From a virus, in IMG/VR virus record IMGVR_UViG_3300045738_001221, positions 12,367 to 76,366 of that record: a stretch of DNA of 64,000 bases, one strand, 5' to 3'. Position 1 is the first letter of the stretch. Every line of letters starts with the position of its first letter. A model generated the notes under the pieces. The model was given only the letters and a program-made list of their open reading frames with translations. It searched no databases and was not told where the DNA came from. This document shows, in pieces, positions 35,955 to 44,498 of this stretch. A program made the translations under genes and the position numbers.

Positions 35955-37080
35955 ATATGGCGACTTTGGCAAATTAAAACAGTTGTCTAGCCTCGCCGCC
36001 CAACACATAGATCAGATCTATGAGTACTTCGGGATCAAGACCGGGTACAAAAACGAAATATTAATGAAGTCGTGCTGCCCTATTCATGGTGGCGACAATC
36101 CGACAGCCCTTAATATGTATTATAACGGGGACTATAAGGTTCACTACAAATGTAGGACACACCAATGTGAAGATATATTTGGCAACAGCCTAATCCACTT
36201 TATTCGGGGGTGTCTCTGCAGATTTAAGTATAACTGGGAAAAGGAGGGGGACAAGGAGGCCACCTTCGCGGAAGCGGTGGAGTTCTTGCTTGCGTTTCTT
36301 AAACAAGACTTTGACTCCCTCAAAAGCGAGACAGTCAATATAGAAAAAATGAAGTTTGGAAGTCTAGTAAATTCCATATCTTCAAAAAAAGCAAGAGGAC
36401 TTGGCATAACACAAGAACAATATCGAGAAAAGCTCCCGACCGTTGCTCAGTACTACATAGATAGGGGTTTTGATGTAAGCATATTAGAAGAATATGATGT
36501 GAGGTATTGTGATAACCCCAGAAAACCCATGTACCAAAGGGCGGTTGTCCCTGTGTATGATAATGATCACAAATACATAGTTGGCTGCACGGGTAGAAGC
36601 ATATTCCCAAAGTGTGAACAGTGCAACAATTACCACAATCCTAATGAAAAATGTAGACACTTTCCCAAGTGGCTCCACAGCAAAGGGTTTCAAAAGGAAA
36701 AGTGGTTGTATAATTACTGGAAGGCCAAAAATCATATCCTAGACACTGGAGTTGTTATTCTTGTTGAATCGCCCGGAAACGTATGGAGACTTGCCGAAGC
36801 CGAAATACATAATACTGTTGCAATTTTTGGAACAGCTTTCAACAATGACCAAAAACACTTACTAGATGAGTCAGGAGCGTTGTCTATTGTTTGTCTAATG
36901 GACAACGATGAGGCAGGAAGAAAGGCTGCCGCCAAGATAGAGGATATATGCGGGAGACTTTATCGGCTATATTTTCCCACCTTCGATGCAAATGATATTG
37001 CAGAACTGAATACGGACAAAATAACATCTGACATTAGACCATGGATAGAAAAAGCTAAAGAATTATATAAAGGAATTTAA
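35908..37080 (+). CDS. dnaG: DNA primase (CHC2 zinc finger + TOPRIM)
   Basis: CPIHGGDNP..C, GCTGR, LYNY, ILVES, MDNDEAGRKA, DIAE. Confidence 0.88.
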   Translation: MTQNNTQQNKTFHSYKYGDFGKLKQLSSLAAQHIDQIYEYFGIKTGYKNEILMKSCCPIHGGDNPTALNMYYNGDYKVHYKCRTHQCEDIFGNSLIHFIRGCLCRFKYNWEKEGDKEATFAEAVEFLLAFLKQDFDSLKSETVNIEKMKFGSLVNSISSKKARGLGITQEQYREKLPTVAQYYIDRGFDVSILEEYDVRYCDNPRKPMYQRAVVPVYDNDHKYIVGCTGRSIFPKCEQCNNYHNPNEKCRHFPKWLHSKGFQKEKWLYNYWKAKNHILDTGVVILVESPGNVWRLAEAEIHNTVAIFGTAFNNDQKHLLDESGALSIVCLMDNDEAGRKAAAKIEDICGRLYRLYFPTFDANDIAELNTDKITSDIRPWIEKAKELYKGI

Positions 37081-37081
37081 A

Positions 37082-37312
37082 ATGAATGACGTAAAGGCGT
37101 TTGCGGTTAGTTACCTGTTTCACAAGGCCATTTCCGATCAAGAGAAGGCAAAGCTGTCCCTTGAGTTGCTAATGAATAGGTCGGCTGGAATTGGCGACCA
37201 CTCAACTGGTGATTTTCATCAGAATTTAGACGAAGCACTCGACCTTCTGGTGGATTCTCGGGATCGTCTAGAGGTGCTACACAGTAGTTATCCAGATTTT
37301 TTAACAGATTAA
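37082..37312 (+). CDS. hypothetical phage protein
   Basis: AAGGA RBS; AGIGDH motif. Confidence 0.65.
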   Translation: MNDVKAFAVSYLFHKAISDQEKAKLSLELLMNRSAGIGDHSTGDFHQNLDEALDLLVDSRDRLEVLHSSYPDFLTD

Positions 37313-37325
37313 GAAAGGAAGATCC

Positions 37326-38174
37326 ATGACGCAAATCTTAGGCTTTGCGGGTAAGAAGCAAAGCGGAAAAAATACAGCGTGTAATTTCATTCTTGCCATG
37401 AAGCTCGCAGAGATTGGTGTCTGCAAAACATCTAGGCTCTCTGATGAAGGAATGGTGGAGATCACAGACATCTTTGGGGAAAAGCCCCCAAATGTTTCCT
37501 CAGATTTCTTTCCCTTTGAAGATCCGTATGTAAATGTAGGCAGCCTCTTTGACAACGAGCTTGGGGGTTTTGTTAGGCTCTATGCTCTCGCAGACACCCT
37601 TAAAGAAATATCGGTTAAGATACTCGGATTGCGTGAAGAGCAAGCCTTTGGGACAGACGAAGATAAAAACAGCAAAACAAATTTGAGGTGGGAAGACATG
37701 CCCGGCATCATATCGCCGGGAGAGTTGAGAAAAAAGGGATTTACAAAAGACCAAGCGGGCTCCTTGGGACTAACGGTTCACGCAAAGGGAAAAATGACAG
37801 CAAGGGAAGTCTTGCAGTATGTTGGTACGGACATATTTAGAAAGATGAATCACAACGTATGGCTAGACTCTTTCGTATCCAAAGTTAATTCGGACGGCTC
37901 CGAACTTGCGTTAGTATCTGACGTTAGATTTAAAAATGAAATAACGGGCATTCAAGACAGAGGCGGCTTTGTGGTGGGCCTCTCAAGAGACATCTACAGC
38001 GGTGGAGACCCACACTCTAGTGAATCGGAGTTAGATGAAGCACTGTCTTTCTGTGATGCAACCGTGGACAATGGGGACCTAACCATTCCAGAACAAAACG
38101 AACAAATATACTATTCGGTAGAACATCTAAAAGATGTAATACCTAGGTTTGTAGAGCCTAAGGTAGAAGGCTAA
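37326..38174 (+). CDS. deoxynucleoside monophosphate kinase
   Basis: GFAGKKQSGKNT, ADTLK, TAREVLQYVGTD, SDVRFKNE, HSSE. Confidence 0.9.
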   Translation: MTQILGFAGKKQSGKNTACNFILAMKLAEIGVCKTSRLSDEGMVEITDIFGEKPPNVSSDFFPFEDPYVNVGSLFDNELGGFVRLYALADTLKEISVKILGLREEQAFGTDEDKNSKTNLRWEDMPGIISPGELRKKGFTKDQAGSLGLTVHAKGKMTAREVLQYVGTDIFRKMNHNVWLDSFVSKVNSDGSELALVSDVRFKNEITGIQDRGGFVVGLSRDIYSGGDPHSSESELDEALSFCDATVDNGDLTIPEQNEQIYYSVEHLKDVIPRFVEPKVEG

Positions 38175-38176
38175 AC

Positions 38177-39238
38177 ATGGGAATTCCGATAGTTTATTTT
38201 AGAAGCAGTTCCTTCAACTGCCATAGAATGTGCCCCATGCAATATTACATAGAATATGGCTTGGGATGGAGGGGCATCTCCGGCAAGAAGGCTGACAAAG
38301 GAACTATCGTCCATAAAATTCTTGAGATAACGGCGGTTTCCAAGAAGGCCCTACAGGAGGGGAAAGCAACAATTAATGATAGCGAAATAGGCAAGATTGA
38401 GGTTGCTAATTATGAACCTGACTACTTAGATGGAATAATAGACAGGGTTTATGAACATTATACATCAAGGCTCAAGCATCATAAATGGATTCCTAGCGAC
38501 AAGAAGCATTGTCACGAGTGGGTATGGAAAATATTTAATGACCACGACGGAATGTTCGATCCCAAAAACAGAAATATTATAGATGCAGAGCCGCATTTTG
38601 ATTTCGAGATAAACGAAGAGTGGGCTTCTTACGACTATGCTCTTCACGACGGAACTAAGCTTCAAGGTAACCTAGCTTTAAAGGGAACCGTTGACCTTAT
38701 AACAGACGTTGGTGATGGAGTGTACGAGATCATTGACTGGAAAACTGGCAAGCGTCTTGACTGGGCAACGGGTAAGGAAAAAACGCCAGCCAAACTGCAA
38801 AAGGACATTCAGCTAAGGATGTACCACTTAGCGGCCAAGAAGCTCTATCCCGATGTAAAAACGTTTCTTGTTACCATCCACTTTATAAACGACGGGGGGC
38901 CATTTACAATACACTTCCAAGACAGCGACATATCGACTACTCTCGAAATGATACGCAAGAAGTATGAGTTAATTAAAGAGACAGAGCTTCCCCAACTTAA
39001 TAAAAGCTGGAAGTGTACCAAGCTTTGTCCGGCAGGAAAGAGCACGTTCGAGGGAACCCATATAAAACCCCTAATAGAAAGAAGGTTTGGCGCGGTCACT
39101 AAGTATGGAGAATATATGACCAAATGCGAGCAAACTAAATATCTCATTGAGAAGCACGGAATTGGATGGGCAACAGAAAATTTAATGGAACCTGATCACG
39201 CAATAGGAAAGTATAATGCCCCCGGAGAACTATCGTGA
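38177..39238 (+). CDS. PD-(D/E)XK exonuclease, Cas4/RecB-like
   Basis: SSSF...CP, KGTIVH, KGTVDL, IIDWKTG, QLRMY, C-terminal Cys cluster. Confidence 0.85.
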   Translation: MGIPIVYFRSSSFNCHRMCPMQYYIEYGLGWRGISGKKADKGTIVHKILEITAVSKKALQEGKATINDSEIGKIEVANYEPDYLDGIIDRVYEHYTSRLKHHKWIPSDKKHCHEWVWKIFNDHDGMFDPKNRNIIDAEPHFDFEINEEWASYDYALHDGTKLQGNLALKGTVDLITDVGDGVYEIIDWKTGKRLDWATGKEKTPAKLQKDIQLRMYHLAAKKLYPDVKTFLVTIHFINDGGPFTIHFQDSDISTTLEMIRKKYELIKETELPQLNKSWKCTKLCPAGKSTFEGTHIKPLIERRFGAVTKYGEYMTKCEQTKYLIEKHGIGWATENLMEPDHAIGKYNAPGELS

Positions 39239-39726
39239 TAGAAATTGAAATAACAAAAGAAATGAAAAAACGGGCTTGGAAGAAGGCACGCGAGATGGGA
39301 GTCATCTACAACTCCATTATGAAGGGAGGGGGCAATATTGCAGGCTTCCTAGGAGAAGAGATTGCAAATTCTCTAATAGAAGGCACAGTAAATAACACCT
39401 ATGACTACGACATAACTTCCAAAAGCGGAATCAAGTATGACGTTAAAACTAAAAGGTGTACATCTGCCCCCAAACCCAACTACGAATGCTCTGTTGCAAA
39501 CTTTAATACCAAACAGAAGTGTGACAGGTACGCATTTGTTAGGGTAGAATTTAAAAGCGGAAGGTGGGGAAGGGCTTGGCTTCTAGGCTGGCTAACTCAC
39601 GAAGAATATTTTGAGAAATCAAAGAAGCTTACTAAAGGACAGATTGACTCATCAAATGGCTTTGTTGTGCGTGCCGATTGTCACAATGTTGCTATTTCGG
39701 AGTTGAGAAAATTTAGGAGAAAGTAA
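39235..39726 (+). CDS. hypothetical protein, possible restriction-fold nuclease
   Basis: GFLGEE, YDYD...DVKTK. Confidence 0.55.
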   Translation: MIEIEITKEMKKRAWKKAREMGVIYNSIMKGGGNIAGFLGEEIANSLIEGTVNNTYDYDITSKSGIKYDVKTKRCTSAPKPNYECSVANFNTKQKCDRYAFVRVEFKSGRWGRAWLLGWLTHEEYFEKSKKLTKGQIDSSNGFVVRADCHNVAISELRKFRRK

Positions 39727-41591
39727 TGAACCTCTACGTTCCTCTTCATGTGCATAGCGAATATTCATTGCTTGACGGCCTTTCGCAAACAAAGCACATT
39801 GCAAAGCGTCTCGAAGAAATTGAAATTGATACTTGCGCACTTACGGATCATGGCACGGTGTCCGGCGCTGTAGACTTTCATAAAACAATATCGAATGGCT
39901 TCAAGCCCATTTTGGGGTGCGAATTTTATCTTTCTGAACAAGAAGCTACCTTAAAAGATCCAACCAATTCCAAACTAATGCATCAGGTTGTTCTTGCGAA
40001 AGACCTAGAGGGATGGAAGAAGCTCTTGTCTATTGTTTCTGAATCCAACAAACCAGAGCACTTTTACAAGAAGCCAAGAATTGGATTTGAAAAATTCCTT
40101 GAGTCTGCGGCAAGTTCAAGAAAAATAGTTTCTTTTAGCGGCCACCTAGGATCTCATCTCGCAAACGTTGTTTCGGATAACCCGAACTGGAAAAAGGATG
40201 GCATCCGAGAAGCACAGAGGCTTCAGGAGGCATTTGGAAAAGGAAACTTCTATATAGAAATTCAGCTTATTGATTCTTTGATAAACGAAAAAGCAAAAGA
40301 AGTGGGCGAAAAACTTCGTGAAATTTCTATCGCAACCGGAATACCCTCTGTGGCAACGCCAGACGCACACTATTGCCGCCGAGAAGACGCGCACGATCAG
40401 CGAGTGCTTCTTTGTACCGCCATGAGAAAAAGCATTGGACAGATTCAGAGTGAAATCAAACAGGGGAAGTCAAAAGTAATGAGTTCGTTCTTCGAGTCAA
40501 ACAATTATCATATCCCAACCTATGATGATATGAAACAATTTCACTCAGATGAAGAACTCGATGCCACTTTGGAAATAGCAAACATGTGTTCTGTTTACGA
40601 TATACTCGGACCCCCCAACCCCCCTACCTTTGACTGCCCCGGAGGCATATCCCCCAACGATTACCTTCGCCACCTGTGCCGTGAGGGGTGGGCGGAAAAA
40701 ATGGAGCACATAGACAAAGACCATGACATGTTTGATGAGTATGGCAAGAGAGTTAATAAAGAAATCGAGATTTTCACAGAAACAAACCTATCGAGCTACT
40801 TTTTAATCGTTAGAGATATCTTGCGATATGCCGACTCAAAGGGCTATCTTACAGGCCCCGGTCGTGGAAGCGCAGCGGGATGTATTGTATCATATCTCAT
40901 GGACATAACCAAGATTGACCCCGTTCGCTATAATTTAATCTTTGAAAGGTTCTACAATGCCGGAAGAAATTCAGGAAACCGAATATCTATGCCTGACATT
41001 GATATAGATGTTCCTAAGTGCGGTAGGTCAGATATAATTGAATATATCAGAACGAAATACGGCAAAGACAATGTTGCTCAAATCGTTACATTTCAAACGC
41101 TAAAGGGTCGCGCGGCACTCAAAAGGGTCATGGCAGCCCGTGGAAATATCGGCTTTGATGAACAAAATTCTATAACATCCCACTTACTAGATGAATCCAA
41201 AATCGTAGATGAATTACAAGACATGAAAGACGAGCTAGGAACATCCTCTGTTATCCTTTGGGCCCTTGAGAACAGGAGCGACAAGCTGAGTGATTGGTGC
41301 TATATTGATGATGATGGAAATTTGCAGGGACGCTTTGCTAAAATTTTTGAGCAGGCTATTCGCCTCGAAGACACAAAGATCATTCAGTCTAAGCACGCGG
41401 CGGGAGTCGTAGTTTCCCCTCAGCCAATCTCCGAAGTGTGTCCTATGGTTTTAGACCGCGAGGAAAAAGGCTTACTGGCAGGCTTTGAGGGCCCCAGTTG
41501 TGAAGATGTAGGTCTTTTAAAGCTAGATGTCTTAGGAATTAAGATGCTAGATAAGATCATGGAAGTTCCCAATATTTTAATGGGGGCATAG
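39726..41591 (+). CDS. dnaE: DNA polymerase III alpha, N-terminal part (PHP + palm/thumb)
   Basis: HVHSEYSLLDG, TDHG, GRGSAAG, LIFERF, MPDIDID, SKHAAGVV, GLLKLDVLG, then stop. Confidence 0.95.
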   Translation: MNLYVPLHVHSEYSLLDGLSQTKHIAKRLEEIEIDTCALTDHGTVSGAVDFHKTISNGFKPILGCEFYLSEQEATLKDPTNSKLMHQVVLAKDLEGWKKLLSIVSESNKPEHFYKKPRIGFEKFLESAASSRKIVSFSGHLGSHLANVVSDNPNWKKDGIREAQRLQEAFGKGNFYIEIQLIDSLINEKAKEVGEKLREISIATGIPSVATPDAHYCRREDAHDQRVLLCTAMRKSIGQIQSEIKQGKSKVMSSFFESNNYHIPTYDDMKQFHSDEELDATLEIANMCSVYDILGPPNPPTFDCPGGISPNDYLRHLCREGWAEKMEHIDKDHDMFDEYGKRVNKEIEIFTETNLSSYFLIVRDILRYADSKGYLTGPGRGSAAGCIVSYLMDITKIDPVRYNLIFERFYNAGRNSGNRISMPDIDIDVPKCGRSDIIEYIRTKYGKDNVAQIVTFQTLKGRAALKRVMAARGNIGFDEQNSITSHLLDESKIVDELQDMKDELGTSSVILWALENRSDKLSDWCYIDDDGNLQGRFAKIFEQAIRLEDTKIIQSKHAAGVVVSPQPISEVCPMVLDREEKGLLAGFEGPSCEDVGLLKLDVLGIKMLDKIMEVPNILMGA

Positions 41592-41665
41592 TGCCGTGGG
41601 CAACAATCGCGGCGATAAGAGCATATTATAGAGACCTATGCTCCTGATTCCAAAGAAATTAGCGG

Positions 41666-41674
41666 TGGTATAAT
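41666..41674 (+). promoter_or_regulatory. extended -10 promoter (TGGTATAAT) between the two dnaE halves
   Basis: Consensus TGnTATAAT followed by the AAGGA RBS of the exonuclease gene. Confidence 0.6.
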
Positions 41675-41716
41675 TGAATAAGCAACAAGCGGTATCGGAG
41701 ATAAAGGAACTAAAAA

Positions 41717-42388
41717 GTGAACAATAGATGGATTATAGTATTCGACTGGGAAACCGATAGCCCAAATCCCCAAACATGCAATCCCGTTGAACTTGCTGCC
41801 GTACCGGTAGACCCCAGAACGCTAGAAATAAAAAAGGATCAGGCGTTCAGGGCGACAATACGACCAGACGGAATCGACAGCGAGGAGTATTTCACAAAGG
41901 AGCGTCAGGACACAATTGCGTGGCACTCTAAACAGCGAGGGGTCAAGACAGAGGAAATTGTCAAGGGCTGGAAAGCGGGGCAAAGCGAGAAGGTGGTGTG
42001 GAAAAATTTCTGTAACTATTGTGCTAAATATGAAGTTGACAAAAAGGCCGGTCAGTGGTATACCGAGCCAATTCCTTCTGGCTATAACATCATAGGGTTT
42101 GACCTTGTCATTGCCAATAGGCTCGCTGAAAAATACTCAACAAAATCCCCCTTCTCGAAAGTAACTAAAATTGATATGATGGACATTTTATTTATGTGGT
42201 TCGAGAATTTAGATGAGCCGAGTAGCATGAAGCTCGATGCTTTTCGCAAGTTCTTTGGAATGGAAGCTGCCCAAGCACATGAAGCCCTGTCGGACGCCCT
42301 TGATGAGGCCGAGCTTATGGTTAAGTTCATGAAGTTTCATAGGCGGCAATCTACAGTGGAAAAATTTAAAGGGGCTTTTGCTAGATGA
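41717..42388 (+). CDS. DEDDh 3'-5' exonuclease (DnaQ/epsilon-like)
   Basis: ExoI VFDWET, ExoII GYNIIGFD, ExoIII AHEALSDA. Confidence 0.9.
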   Translation: MNNRWIIVFDWETDSPNPQTCNPVELAAVPVDPRTLEIKKDQAFRATIRPDGIDSEEYFTKERQDTIAWHSKQRGVKTEEIVKGWKAGQSEKVVWKNFCNYCAKYEVDKKAGQWYTEPIPSGYNIIGFDLVIANRLAEKYSTKSPFSKVTKIDMMDILFMWFENLDEPSSMKLDAFRKFFGMEAAQAHEALSDALDEAELMVKFMKFHRRQSTVEKFKGAFAR

Positions 42389-44019
42389 AAAAATTTGCCT
42401 GCGGCTGTGAGTTCGAGGAAGTCAGCGACGGAATCATTTTCAAACCAAAAATTACAGAGATCACCCTTGAGTGTTCAGCTACTTGGGATTTAATTTGCGA
42501 AGGAAACACAAAGGGTGTTTTTCAGTTAGAATCTCAGCTTGGCAGGTCTCTTGCAAAACAAACAAAGCCAAAGAGCATAGAGGAGCTATCGGATCTTATT
42601 GCTATCATGCGTCCGGGGTGCTTGGAGGCGATGGTCAAGGGAAAGAGCCTGACCATGCACTATATTGACCGCAAACATCATCGTGAACCACTTGAATATC
42701 TGCACGAATCTCTTGAGCCAATACTAAAAAGCACGTATGGAATTTTAGTATATCAAGAGCAGGCAATTCTTATAGCCACAGAGATTGCTGGATTCGATCT
42801 CCAAGAGGCCGACATCCTCCGCAAAGCCATCGGAAAGAAAAAGGCAGACGTTATGGCAACGGTAAAGAAGTCTTTCCTAAAGAAGTCGGTTGATAAAGGG
42901 GTCGTTACTAGAGAGCAGTCGGAGGAGATATTTAGCTGGATAGAAAAATCCCAAAGATACTCCTTCAATAAATCACACGCAATTAGTTATGCTCATAACT
43001 CCTATCTAACCGCCTACACAAAGGCACATTTTCCACATGAGTTTTTTACCTCATACCTAAAGCATGCCGTTGGAAAACCCGACACATTTTGGGAAGTACA
43101 TGAACTCGTAAACAATGCCAAAATCATGGGCATTCAAGTCATGCCGCCCAACATCATTCATATGAATGAAGAGTTTAAGCTGATTGGCAAAAACCCAACC
43201 TATGGAATGACAAATGTAAAAAATGTAGGGTCCTCTGTTTTCAAGAAGATGGTAAACCATATCAAAGATAATAATATAAACCTGAGTGAGTGTGACTGGG
43301 ATTGCTTTCTAATTCTTATATCTCCATTTGTAAACAAAAAGGCTTTTGAGTCCCTGATCTTGGCGGGTGTATTTGATTGCTTTAAAATGCCTCGCTCCAA
43401 GATGCAGCATCATTTCAATTTAATTAAAGAGTTTACCAAAAGAGAAATAGAATGGCTACGTCTCTATAAAGAAAAAAATGACAAAGCCACTGCCCCAGAA
43501 GCAATCGGACGCATGATAGAAGAGTCAAGGGTCAAGAGCAAGAAGCGTCCCATCTTTAGGCAGGACAGAATATCTATAATCGAAGATCTGCTGGCGACTT
43601 ACAATAATCCCGGATATGAACTATATGATTCCCCCTCTTGGACCTCGAAGATAGAAGAAGAGCTTTTAGGGATCTCGTTGACATGCAACAAGGTAGACGA
43701 ATACGATACCAGCAAGTCTAACTGTTCATGTAAAGAGTTTATAGATGGATTTAACTCAAAGGGCGGCATAGTTTTAGCAGTTAAGATAGACTCAGTGAGA
43801 GAGTGGAAAATCAAAAAGGGAAGGTCCAAGGGTATGACAATGGGATTTGTCACAGTTAGTGACACAAGTTGCTCTCTTGATAACGTAACAGCCTTTTCTG
43901 ATGAGTGGGAAAAGTATAAAAAGGTCCTGCACGAAGGCAATACCGTTCTCCTGAGGGGAATGAAAGACAAAAATAGAGGAAGTTTTTTGATAAAAAAGGT
44001 AGAGCAACTAACAAGTTAG
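42385..44019 (+). CDS. dnaE: DNA polymerase III alpha, C-terminal part (fingers, HhH, OB)
   Basis: GVFQLES, RPG, TYGILVYQEQ, ADILRKAIGKK, YSFNKSHA, KAHFPHEF, E.ELLG, MGFVTVSD. Confidence 0.95.
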   Translation: MKKFACGCEFEEVSDGIIFKPKITEITLECSATWDLICEGNTKGVFQLESQLGRSLAKQTKPKSIEELSDLIAIMRPGCLEAMVKGKSLTMHYIDRKHHREPLEYLHESLEPILKSTYGILVYQEQAILIATEIAGFDLQEADILRKAIGKKKADVMATVKKSFLKKSVDKGVVTREQSEEIFSWIEKSQRYSFNKSHAISYAHNSYLTAYTKAHFPHEFFTSYLKHAVGKPDTFWEVHELVNNAKIMGIQVMPPNIIHMNEEFKLIGKNPTYGMTNVKNVGSSVFKKMVNHIKDNNINLSECDWDCFLILISPFVNKKAFESLILAGVFDCFKMPRSKMQHHFNLIKEFTKREIEWLRLYKEKNDKATAPEAIGRMIEESRVKSKKRPIFRQDRISIIEDLLATYNNPGYELYDSPSWTSKIEEELLGISLTCNKVDEYDTSKSNCSCKEFIDGFNSKGGIVLAVKIDSVREWKIKKGRSKGMTMGFVTVSDTSCSLDNVTAFSDEWEKYKKVLHEGNTVLLRGMKDKNRGSFLIKKVEQLTS

Positions 44020-44048
44020 TTTGAGAAGTACTATAATAAGGAAGAGAC

Positions 44049-44498
44049 ATGGATGATTTGATAGAAAAAAACATGGGGCTCGTTGTCTCCGTGGTCAATT
44101 CTTTTAAACCTCAGAATCCGACTGAGCGTGAAGACTACATACAGGCTGGCAGAATAGGCCTCTGGAAGGCGCTTAAAAAATACGATCCCTCTAAGGGAGC
44201 GGTATTGTCTACATATGCTTGGAACCCAATAAGGTGGGAAATAATAAAGGAAATCAAGTCTGCAAAAAAGGGAAGATATACCACCCTCACGAGGGCCCGA
44301 TGCCCTATTTATAAAAGGAGAGACGAGCTGTGGGAGTTCTTGCCTAGTATACTATCCGAAGAAGAGGTCAATTTTTTAGAATTGAGAAAGATGGGATACA
44401 AGCTGGCTGAAATGGCAGACATTACAGGGAAAACAAGCTCATATGTAAAAAGAATTTTCTACAGGGCCGTTAAGAGAATAAGGGAAAAGAATGAGTAA
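44049..44498 (+). CDS. small sigma-70-family factor (regions 2 and 4)
   Basis: NMGLV, EDYIQAGRIGLWKALKKYDPSKG, STYA..IR, GYKLAEMAD. Confidence 0.85.
   Translation: MDDLIEKNMGLVVSVVNSFKPQNPTEREDYIQAGRIGLWKALKKYDPSKGAVLSTYAWNPIRWEIIKEIKSAKKGRYTTLTRARCPIYKRRDELWEFLPSILSEEEVNFLELRKMGYKLAEMADITGKTSSYVKRIFYRAVKRIREKNE

Noticed and set aside
38177-39238. CRISPR-associated Cas4
   Set aside because: Stand-alone in a replication module with no array or cas1/cas2; typical phage exonuclease.
41591-41662. Second UGA read-through candidate (MPWATIAAIRAYYRDLCS-TGA-FQRN)
   Set aside because: Only four codons follow before TAG, and there is no SECIS-like hairpin downstream.
41500-42480. Split intein joining the DnaE halves
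   Set aside because: No intein N-terminal block after the N-half and no His-Asn/Cys junction before the C-half polymerase motifs.
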